Assembly (NCBI GenBank): GCA_937625935.1
Contig: OW569378.1
Span: forward strand, 1-64,000
From: Tetramitus jugosus
Taxonomy: Eukaryota; Protista; Heterolobosea
Length of the DNA: 64,000 nucleotides
Reading direction: 5' to 3'
This document shows, one piece after another, positions 55,343 to 64,000 of this stretch (the stretch's first letter is position 1; each line of letters opens with the position of its first letter). The notes beneath the pieces were generated by a model. That model was not told where the DNA came from and searched no databases. It worked only from the letters and a program-made list of their open reading frames with translations. The translations under genes and the position numbers were made by a program.

Positions 55343-55735
55343 TTATTGACATCTTGGCTCAGGTTTTACAATGATTTCAATCTGAACATTCTTGGAGTTG
55401 TTGAGCGCCAGCAATGGAGCATTGATGGATACTCCAGCTCTGTACAATTCTGACATGACCTTGGAATAAGTAATGGTTGCTTGTTGAAATGCAGTCATTG
55501 CCTCTTTCTTGCACTCGTTGACAGGACTAACTTGCCCACAACCAAAATCACGCACAACAATCTTTGAGTTGGGATTTGCTCCGCTAATTTCGAACAAGAA
55601 GCGGTAAGTGTCAAGCAGACTATTGATTTTGCCAATGTCATCGGAACTGATTCTTACAGTACCATTATTGGTAATTGTAAAAACTTGGGTATAAGCTGCA
55701 ACATAGTTTGTGTAACTTTGTTTAATTGGGTCCAT
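55343..55735 (-). CDS. Hypothetical protein
   Basis: 130-aa ATG ORF with an AC-rich leader like other genes in the window. Confidence 0.65.
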   Translation of the reverse strand: MDPIKQSYTNYVAAYTQVFTITNNGTVRISSDDIGKINSLLDTYRFLFEISGANPNSKIVVRDFGCGQVSPVNECKKEAMTAFQQATITYSKVMSELYRAGVSINAPLLALNNSKNVQIEIIVKPEPRCQ

Positions 55736-56031
55736 GACTTGTTTGGGTTATTGTTTTGTTTGTGGTGTGTCACAACGATAATCTGGCCTTAAAAACCAAA
55801 AACCTGGTTGGTTTGCAGGACCCATCAAACAATAGTTCTGGCGCCAGAAACAAATTGTAACAGCGAGCGGAACATTTTTGCAAGGGAAAGTAAGACAAGA
55901 ATTCTGTAACTGGTTTTTTTGTATGCTGCTTCAATTTCCGTTGAAACTGTCTTTACAACGGCAAAGGCCATCTACCTCGGTTGAAAAAGCTGTCTTTTTC
56001 GCTGTTTGATTCAACCCACAAATACAACATT

Positions 56032-56320
56032 ATGCCACGAGGCGTGCCTAAGGACGGCAAGAGAAAAGCTGTCGACAAATACTCATCACACCATCAGAAA
56101 TGTCATCATTGCCATTCTCACATGAAGCCAGTCAAGCATTAGAGAATAGACAAGAATGGAGAATTGAATGTCTCTGTGGTCAGAGGTTAAACAGTGTGCA
56201 ACCACTAAATGTTTAGTGACTCACAACACAGACATCAACACGGCCAAGAACATGCTCCATCTACTGAGAAATGGATGGACAGTCACGTCCCGATGCCTTC
56301 AAGAGGAAGAAAAAGGTCGC
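56032..56320 (+). pseudogene. Internally deleted Fanzor1-like nuclease remnant
   Basis: MPRGVPKDGKRK fused to VDKYSSHHQKCHHCH...VRG/KQCATTKC...HNTDINTAKNM...GQSRPDAFKR. This matches VDEYxTSxxCxxC / CxxxxC / NRDxNAAxNI / RP. Stop codon and frameshifts present. Confidence 0.82.
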
Positions 56321-56334
56321 AAAAGAATTAATCA

Positions 56335-56471
56335 AAATGGTGGAACACCTTCAAAGGCTCACTCCATCAAGCTGCTATGTAAGTCCCGATTATGTAGGAG
56401 CGTTAAGGTGTCTTATCGGGAAACCATAATGTTTTTATTATGGCTTGATGGACAGTAGACCGCCACCTTAA
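56335..56471 (+). ncRNA. Putative omegaRNA scaffold
   Basis: Helices 56363-72/56443-52 (10 bp), 56384-90/56415-21 and 56424-30/56437-43. An 8-bp pseudoknot pairs TTAAGGTG (56403-10) with CACCTTAA (56464-71). Confidence 0.7.
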
Positions 56472-56481
56472 TTATGATATG

Positions 56482-57831
56482 TTAGAAGCACTTCTTGAGG
56501 CAAATTCTGCCACTTCCTTCTTCCTGATACTCTTGTCGTGTAATCCAGTCAATCTTTGTGTTGCCAGTTGCTTCTTCCGAAGCCCAAGCCTTTCCACCGA
56601 GCCAAACACTTGACGTTGTTCCTTGTTCTTCCTGATCCAAGTAGGCATGATTCACATTGACTGACTTTGCCAACTTGTCATCACACGTGTGTCTCACATA
56701 GTTGGACACTTCTTGCTGCAATCGAGCAGAGAAATTATGGAACAGTGTGTTACCACCAGACAACACAATATTAGAGTACAAGGCACTTCTATCCTCTGGT
56801 TTCACCTTTTGAACCGCATCGAAAATACTCTTTTGAATCGAAGAGTCATCAAATATGCCCAACACTTGCGGATTGAACATGGATTCCACAACTTTGAAAG
56901 CTTCACCACCAATTTCCAATGACTCACCACTAGGAAGCTCCAATTCTTGAACAAATTCCTCTGGACTCTGAGCCAACCCCTTCAACTCCTCATTGAGATC
57001 CATTGCCGTGTACGCCATATTTTTCTTGACGTGCTGAGCGACACGATGCGCATCAGAAGCAGCAAGCTCGAATCCCGCCGTTTTCACCATCTCCAAAATG
57101 TAACTCGACAAAACTTGTCCGGCGACGGGGAAATGCACAGTAGAAGTGTACAGCGGCTTATTGTTAAGCACGGGGGTAATGCTGGAGAAGGAAGCTCCAC
57201 TGGAGACGGCCAAACCGTTCAAGACACCACTTGGGCTCTGATTTCTCATGGCCAACACACCAGGAGCTTCCATATAGAAGCGTTCACAATTGAAGTACTC
57301 GACAAAAAGCTCGCAAGTTCCCTGTCGGTGAATCATGGAGCTCAACGGATCCGCAGTTACAATGACGGGGTTTCTTTCTGGTTGATAATTGGCGCCAAAT
57401 TTTTCGCTATTTTGATCGTAAGCAAACTGAATGATGGCTTCGTATTGATCCCAATCAACAATAGCTCCACTCTGATATGGATACCTCAATACTGTAGATG
57501 GTTCAGAACTCGTTGGTTTCTTTGTTCTTTGCTGTTGCTCCTTTACATTTCTCCGATTACTGCGCACAGAAGAAGATTGAGCATTTTGCTTCTTTTGATT
57601 GGCAAGCTTCGCCTTCTTGACAGCGTCCTTGCCCACTGTAAACTCTGGTTTCTTGTTCTTGGGCACAGGAAGCTCAAACGAAACGACAGTCGGAATAATT
57701 GTCGGATTTTTTTCCGTCTGTAAACCAAACTTGGTTTCGAATTGTCCAATATCAAATATGAGTGCGGCTTGACTGGCGTTGGTGTTACTCGATGATTGCA
57801 ACGATGTTTTTTGAGATGTAGGAGGCGGCAT
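56482..57831 (-). CDS. Divergent actin-related protein
   Basis: IFDIGQFETKFG, YP..SGAIVDWD, LYSNIVLSGGNTLF..F..RL, VWLGG, WITRQEYQEEG...KKCF. Confidence 0.92.
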   Translation of the reverse strand: MPPPTSQKTSLQSSSNTNASQAALIFDIGQFETKFGLQTEKNPTIIPTVVSFELPVPKNKKPEFTVGKDAVKKAKLANQKKQNAQSSSVRSNRRNVKEQQQRTKKPTSSEPSTVLRYPYQSGAIVDWDQYEAIIQFAYDQNSEKFGANYQPERNPVIVTADPLSSMIHRQGTCELFVEYFNCERFYMEAPGVLAMRNQSPSGVLNGLAVSSGASFSSITPVLNNKPLYTSTVHFPVAGQVLSSYILEMVKTAGFELAASDAHRVAQHVKKNMAYTAMDLNEELKGLAQSPEEFVQELELPSGESLEIGGEAFKVVESMFNPQVLGIFDDSSIQKSIFDAVQKVKPEDRSALYSNIVLSGGNTLFHNFSARLQQEVSNYVRHTCDDKLAKSVNVNHAYLDQEEQGTTSSVWLGGKAWASEEATGNTKIDWITRQEYQEEGSGRICLKKCF

Positions 57832-58103
57832 TTGGGATTATAAAAATGATGATGTGTTTTGTTTTTTGTTTTTTGTGTCACAAAACGCTGAACGATCGCT
57901 GGTAATGCACAACAAGGTGATCCGTGGAACGAATGATGGATCGTTTTTTTTCAGTTGTAATTCATGCTTGATTGTCACTGACAATGACGGACAGCTGACA
58001 CGAATGGGTCCGATCCAGGAATTACACCGATTGATGTTCAAACAACAAAAACAAAAAAAATTGAATCCACAGTCGAATGCATGATCTTTTGGTGAGTTGA
58101 TCA

Positions 58104-59999
58104 ATGTTGTCATCTTCTTTGTTTCCCAATCATCATCATTCTCTTACTGATGACAACGATAAAGATGACCAAAGTCCATCATTGATTCGTCCGTTTTCCT
58201 TCTCAGAGAACAGACAAGGTCTATTCGAGCAATTGTTTCATTTCCAGGATGAATTATTGAAGAATAGTCATGCCTCCATGGTAAATGAGTCGTTGGTTCA
58301 AGAGTCCAAACAACAATTGGATCATTTAATTGATCAAGTGTCAAGTGTGCATCAAATTCAGAGAGAACAGTGGATTGAAGAGTATGAGGACACCACTGCG
58401 AATCAAACTCGAGAAAAGAGACAAAAGTCAAGAGCAATGGCCGAAATGTATCAAGATGAAATGAAGCAAGTGTACAAGAATTGGTTATTGGAGAGAATGA
58501 ATGAGCTACAATATGATTCAGAGAACTGGAAGCGATTGCTACAACCAAAGTACGACAGAAGAATGTTGGATGAGTTGTTTGAGTTGCAATTGAGAGAGAG
58601 ACGACAGGAGAAGAATATTCATTTTTCGGAAGTGGACTTGCAGAGGATTGAAACTTTTGAGAAGAATTGGATATCAGATGAGTTGTTATTGACGAACAAA
58701 AACGATGAAAATGTGAAGGAGCAAAAACAAAAGCGAATTGACTTGTATCTAAAAATGATGAAGTGGATAGAGCGCAAGAGAGAGTATGACTTGGATGTGG
58801 AACAGGAGCAGATAAGAAAACAGAGCGAACAAACAGTTTGGAATGTTTTTGAGTTTCGGCTGCGGCTGTTAAAGTGGAGATTGAATAAGTACAATTTGAA
58901 CGAACTACAAACCTTGAAGAATGAATGTAATAGGATGGCAACAAGTGTAATTGAACAGTATTATAGCGATTATGAGACATTCTTATCTGTCCCAGAGTTA
59001 AATTTAGTGTTATCTAATTTACGATTCAATATATTAGACAATGAAGAGAAAAAGCGTATTAGGAAGGTTGTCGCGTTGATTGACTTTAGCCGAATGCCAG
59101 AGATACTATCTCTCTGGAAAATTATTCATTCATGTAACAGTGCTTTGAACAGTGAGCAGATACAATGGATGGATGCGAATATGAAACTCTGTGCAATCGA
59201 ATATATGAACATGGATTCTATCCATTGTACAAATATATTTGTATTCGTTTACCTACTACAAACAATGAAGCAATTGGCATTTTGGAACGAATTGGACGCC
59301 GAAAAACGAAGTGTGTATCTTTTCATTGAACTTTGTATTCAAACAGTTATCACAATAGCAGATATTGATTGGATAGCCGAGTTAGAGAAGCAGTGTTTCA
59401 CGTATGATATATCAGATACGCTCAAAATATACTTGGACGATATTCTTGGGACCTCCAATCGTGAACCTCTCATTCCAATGGACCCATCTTTCGAATCACT
59501 CTCGAATATTATTGGTGTTTCTTTGTCGAATAATGCATTTCTCAATCACTTACAAGTTGTGCATGCCTACCACTCATTGAAACAACTACTGTGTCCGCTA
59601 TCTTCATCTATTGATTTTCAACTGGATGAAACATACGATGTAGAAATTGATTTGATTGTCAGAACGTTGGTTATTTCTCTAACTGTAGCTCTGAAACAAT
59701 TAAAGAAAACCTCAAAAGCGTACCTGAGTAACGTAATACAGAAGATCACGCTTCTATCTCATGTGATAGAACAAGATATTGCCTGTACGCATCAAAAAAG
59801 AATGAACAGTCGAGCATGTATTCGAATTATTCAATTCGTGATGCGTTTATGGACGATTATAGCAACTCGGTGCAAAGAAATCTTTTCTCTCGATTCAACA
59901 GTCGTTAGGTACATGAGAATGATTGAACATGTTATTGCAGAAATAACAGACCATATAGACACTCGAATTGAAGCTCTGAATTTACTGACATACTCCTAG
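58104..59999 (+). CDS. Hypothetical helical/coiled-coil protein
   Basis: 631-aa ORF. Confidence 0.75.
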   Translation: MLSSSLFPNHHHSLTDDNDKDDQSPSLIRPFSFSENRQGLFEQLFHFQDELLKNSHASMVNESLVQESKQQLDHLIDQVSSVHQIQREQWIEEYEDTTANQTREKRQKSRAMAEMYQDEMKQVYKNWLLERMNELQYDSENWKRLLQPKYDRRMLDELFELQLRERRQEKNIHFSEVDLQRIETFEKNWISDELLLTNKNDENVKEQKQKRIDLYLKMMKWIERKREYDLDVEQEQIRKQSEQTVWNVFEFRLRLLKWRLNKYNLNELQTLKNECNRMATSVIEQYYSDYETFLSVPELNLVLSNLRFNILDNEEKKRIRKVVALIDFSRMPEILSLWKIIHSCNSALNSEQIQWMDANMKLCAIEYMNMDSIHCTNIFVFVYLLQTMKQLAFWNELDAEKRSVYLFIELCIQTVITIADIDWIAELEKQCFTYDISDTLKIYLDDILGTSNREPLIPMDPSFESLSNIIGVSLSNNAFLNHLQVVHAYHSLKQLLCPLSSSIDFQLDETYDVEIDLIVRTLVISLTVALKQLKKTSKAYLSNVIQKITLLSHVIEQDIACTHQKRMNSRACIRIIQFVMRLWTIIATRCKEIFSLDSTVVRYMRMIEHVIAEITDHIDTRIEALNLLTYS

Positions 60000-61567
60000 G
60001 TTCCGCTCCTTCTCCTCTTTACAGGAAGTTGATTCAAGACCGTAGATGCGAATACATTTTTTTGCCTTTCCTTTGGTCGAATTTGATTGGCTCTTGATAT
60101 GGCATGTCCATTTGAGATCATGTTATTCAAATCCTGATGGAAGTTGGATTGTATCTCCAGAGGTGAGAATGCATCGCAGCTCAGTGAATCTAGCATAGTC
60201 ACTATCTCAGGCACCATTGTGGGAGCACGGTTGTTTCTGACTGCTTGTGAAGGCAAGTATTCATCTGAAGTTACAACTTTCCTCACGTATAGGTTCTGTC
60301 CCTCCTGATCTCCGAACGCAGCATAATAGTGATTCATTTGCAATAATGAAGATCCGTGCACGAGATCTGTTGAACAATGGAGTAGAGCTGCTTGTTTTCG
60401 TTCAAATAGAGAAGAGCTCAGAGTATATAGATAGTGTTTTGAATTGACAGACGAGGCTACTAGGGACGAAGCATCCATTGACATGATTATAGTAGGACCA
60501 TAGACCAGCGAGTGCGAAAAATCGCTGAGATCTATCAAGCTCTTTATCACTAATTGTGCCGTATCATTATTCTCTGAGGAGCGACGATTGTTTCGAATAG
60601 GAATAATTTCTCGATCACCAACTTGGATGACTCGTGTTACATCATTGGAGTCTAGTTCTCTTCTCGACGATGCACAGAATAGGAAATCGGAATCCAGTTT
60701 ACATTGATTCACTGGTTTCCAATGACATTGACATACTACTTGCTCTTGAATCGAGCATTGTTCAACAATGTTCGAATACAGAATACATGGTATCTTCAGC
60801 TCAGTCTGAGCCTTCTTGAGGATTACAATTGCCTTGTTCACTACAAATGGCCGATAAGGCACGAACTCACTCATTGAATGGAACATTGCATATTCCACGT
60901 GTCTCAAATGATTGAAAGGATGTTTGATTGTACAATTTGGCATGGAAGCCAATCGATCCCAAATCATTCTCGGTTCTGTCGAATTGCTCGATGAACTGTA
61001 ATGCGTGAATGTTTCACTGTTCTGCCTCAGTTGAATCACATGAACAAACACATCACTCGTATAAAAGTGTTCCATCAATTGCATGCTGTCATGCGAGAAG
61101 TGAATCATTTGCTCCTGGTATCCAATCAACAGAATGACTCTCTTTGTTCTGTTGCTTGATGAAAGAGAAGCCTTGGCAACATCAAAACTAATCTTTAGTG
61201 TATCAATCGAGACATTGGCTTGGTGTGTCATGGATGATTGCTGTTGTTGTTGCTGTCTGGAGGACAACAACATTCGATCCAATCCTTGATGCATGGAATA
61301 GAGGTTCAATTCTTGCATTGGTGTGATTCTCTCAGCAGTGGAGTGGTCAAAACAAATGACACAACATCTCACAGTACTGTACTCAACAACAGGTGAGTGA
61401 TGCGAGGTAGTGAGATTGCACCATTTTTTCAAGCATTGAACAATGTTGTTCAAGTACAGTTGATGATAATAGTCGAGAGCTATGGTTGAACTGGGTTGTT
61501 GTTGTTGTTGTTGTTGGGCAATTGTTGTATTGATGATGAATATGATGTCTGTTGAGTTTGTTGACAT
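59996..61567 (-). CDS. Hypothetical protein, possibly M1AP (meiosis 1 arrest protein)-like
   Basis: 523-aa ORF. The C-terminal SLVYGP.I..., L..SL.ER and LYVRKVVT.DE.LP blocks recall M1AP, from memory only. Confidence 0.55.
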   Translation of the reverse strand: MSTNSTDIIFIINTTIAQQQQQQQPSSTIALDYYHQLYLNNIVQCLKKWCNLTTSHHSPVVEYSTVRCCVICFDHSTAERITPMQELNLYSMHQGLDRMLLSSRQQQQQQSSMTHQANVSIDTLKISFDVAKASLSSSNRTKRVILLIGYQEQMIHFSHDSMQLMEHFYTSDVFVHVIQLRQNSETFTHYSSSSNSTEPRMIWDRLASMPNCTIKHPFNHLRHVEYAMFHSMSEFVPYRPFVVNKAIVILKKAQTELKIPCILYSNIVEQCSIQEQVVCQCHWKPVNQCKLDSDFLFCASSRRELDSNDVTRVIQVGDREIIPIRNNRRSSENNDTAQLVIKSLIDLSDFSHSLVYGPTIIMSMDASSLVASSVNSKHYLYTLSSSLFERKQAALLHCSTDLVHGSSLLQMNHYYAAFGDQEGQNLYVRKVVTSDEYLPSQAVRNNRAPTMVPEIVTMLDSLSCDAFSPLEIQSNFHQDLNNMISNGHAISRANQIRPKERQKNVFASTVLNQLPVKRRRSGT

Positions 61568-61842
61568 GTTTGTAGTAAGCTTTTATGAATCATCAACGTT
61601 TTGTATTTATTGGTCTCTGTTGTCATCCGTAGATGAAACTGAATGAAGCGCCAAATTTTCCTCCGACAACCGCACGCCCTTCAGTGGAAGTTCCTGTGAA
61701 TACAGGAGAACAGCACATGACACCCAGTTGAGAAGGAAAATGAGACTCATGAGAAAGAACACAACAGACGAACCCCAACTTTTCAACAAAGCAAACTCAT
61801 CATCATCATAAACTAAACTGTATCATACACGCACAAACAACC

Positions 61843-64000
61843 ATGTCCTCACCTCTCCTATTTGGCAGTGACCACACACTCTTCCTCTCACCACAATCCT
61901 CTTCAACGTCTTCTTCCTCCACGACCATTACACTCAACAACAATGTGTCTTCTGCTGCTGCTGCAGCGCGACCACCACAAGAACAGGCGGCAGATAACAA
62001 TCACCTGGAGTTCTTTGAGAGTGAAATGATGTCTACTCGCACAATCACTCAACAATATCACTCTATGCAATCTGTTTCTCTGTCCAAGAGCTTTCAACAA
62101 CAAAACAATCATAGCTCTCATAGCTCCAAGAAAAAGTCTACAAGTTCCTCCAATGGACCACGACCATGTATTGTTGAAATGTTGGACACTGCTGGACAAG
62201 AAGAATATTCTGCACTCAGAGATCAATACTACAGGACATCTAGTGGCTTTATACTGGTTTATTCCATCAATGATGCCCGATCGTTGGAGGATTTGGAGAC
62301 AATTGCTGAACAGATTCTTCGCGTAAAGGACCAAGATCGATTTCCAATGCTCTTCCTAGGAAACAAGACTGATTTGGAGAGTTATCGTCAGGTGTCTCAA
62401 GCTGATGCAATGAGATTGGCTCAAAGGTTTGGTGCCTTGCATATGGAGTGTTCTGCCAAGTTGCGCCTCAATATTGATGAAGCTGTTCATGCAATCATTA
62501 GAATGATACCTCGAACTGGAATAGATTACCAGTTGGCTATTGTGGGAGCTGGAGGTGTTGGCAAGGTATGTTTTCCATTCTTGTGAAGTTCTTTTGTAGA
62601 TTTTCTCTTTTGACTCACATCTTCTTCTTTTCAGAGCGCATTCTGTGTTCAGTTTATTCAAAAGTAGGGCTTATACTGCTTTTGATCATCTTGTTTTACT
62701 TGATTTGTTTGCTAACATTGTTTAATATCAATTATGTTATTTCATTTGTTGTTTGTAGTGTGTTTGTGGAGGAATATGATCCAACGATTGAGGACTCTTA
62801 CAGGAAAATGATCAATGTCTCTGACATTCCAATCAATAGTGATTGGGCCGTTAATGGTAACTCATCGAGTAGTTCTGCCAATGGTGGTGGCACTTCTGCA
62901 ATTAGAAATTTGTTTTCTAAGCTGTTGAAGAAGTCATCATCACCACAGCCATCATCATCACCCTCTACACCTACTGTTGAGGAACCTGTCGTTGCCAGTA
63001 ACAAGCAATCAGAAGGATTTACATGTAGGAAAGCTGATGTCAACAGTGCTGTGATACGATTATCTAGTCTAGCTGATCCAGTTGATCTCGTTTTGCCCTG
63101 CAAGAGGAATGAGATGCTCCAATGCTCTCAGTGTATCGCTGCTTTGACTCCACTGAGCTATCAGAGAGGAGCTGTTGTTGGCAATTGCTGGTCATGTGAA
63201 TACTGTGGAACTAAGAACACTTTATCCAATGAACCAGCCTTTCGTGTCAATAGGAACAGCACCAATGAAATGATGTTGGAGTTTGTTGATTTTATTTATG
63301 AAACCCCTCAGGTTAAATCAGAAGATTCTGATGAAGAAGAATTGATCATTTTCTGTGTAGACACATCTGGTAGTATGTGTGTTTCCGATGAACTACCAAG
63401 CTACAGTGTACTTAATGTCGATATTAGAGGACAAGATAAGAAGATGAAAAAGTTGAGAGAGTTGAACATTGATGGTGGTTATCAATTTTTGCCTTCGGAG
63501 AGAAGAGATGTCACCTATGTGTCTCGATTGGAGTGCATGCAGTCTGCGATTGATCTTCAGTTGGACGAGCTTTCCAAGCAAAATCCAAACAGCAGAGTTA
63601 TCATGGTTACCTTTAACTCAACAGTGTCAGTCATTGGTGATGGTAACTTATCCAACAAGTATGTTGTGAGTGCAGCTGCCGATTTGAGTGACTTTGACCG
63701 CATGTTCACAGTGGGTGAAGTGTACGACGCCAATCAAATCCAAAGTATCTTCCTCTCCAAGGAGCAGTTGAGCAATGTCCTATTTGACATTGAGGAGGAG
63801 GGATCTACGGCTCTCGGTCCAGCCTTGGCTCTATGTTGCGGTTTAGCAGGTCAAAGCACAAAATCCAAAATTATTGTGTGTACCGATGGTATGGCCAATG
63901 TCGGTGTTGGTAACTCTGAATTATCAGATGCTGAGATCACAGCATTCTACGATCGGTTATCAACAACTGCTCGAAGTCAGGGAACTAGTATCAGTGTGAT
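61843..64000 (+). CDS. Circularly permuted Ras (cpRas) with zinc finger and vWA domain; runs off the window (introns 62566-62634 and 62664-62758)
   Basis: Motif order DTAGQEEY, NKTD, SAK, then GAGGVGK|S and YDPTIEDSYRK. CxxC...CxxC and FCVDTSGSM (MIDAS) follow. Confidence 0.92.

Larger units (their letters stand above)
55793..56471 (+). mobile_element. Non-autonomous Fanzor/TnpB-derived element (left end tentative)
   Basis: Fanzor-like C-terminal motifs, a structured 3' end, CCTTAA at both putative ends (55787-55792 and 56466-56471) and subterminal hairpins. Confidence 0.7.

Noticed and set aside
14599-58980. Long antisense or alternate-frame ORFs (e.g. 14621-15250, 23236-23919, 32139-32756, 56947-57723, 58144-58980)
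   Set aside because: Shadows of real genes on the opposite strand with no recognisable motifs.

Overview
Left end of a chromosome from a gene-dense, intron-poor eukaryotic microbe. A protist is inferred from 60-95 nt GT-AG introns, a ciliary-type gene and cpRas; a heterolobosean-like lineage is a guess. The window opens with about 730 bp of (CCCAAA)n telomere. About 12 kb of subtelomere follows, rich in decayed elements (Penelope-like RT, piggyBac-like transposase) and pseudogenes, and then tightly packed housekeeping genes. There are two main findings. (1) At 34551-41014, two poly(A)-tailed retroelements are stacked at the same site 44 bp upstream of a tRNA-Leu(TAG) gene and separated by three identical 15-bp target-site duplications. 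One is an intact L1-type LINE (ORF1 plus APE-RT-CCHC ORF2). The other is a 1.3-kb ORF1-only partner whose ORF1 is only about 30% identical but which shares the LINE's terminal sequences. (2) At about 55790-56471 there is an internally deleted Fanzor/TnpB-like element with a dead nuclease but an apparently intact, pseudoknotted omegaRNA-like scaffold. Other observations include a recurrent TGTGTCACAA intergenic motif, a structured ~260-nt candidate ncRNA, microhomology-type deletions and head-to-head prenyltransferase subunit genes. All protein calls come from motif recognition by eye, not database searches.
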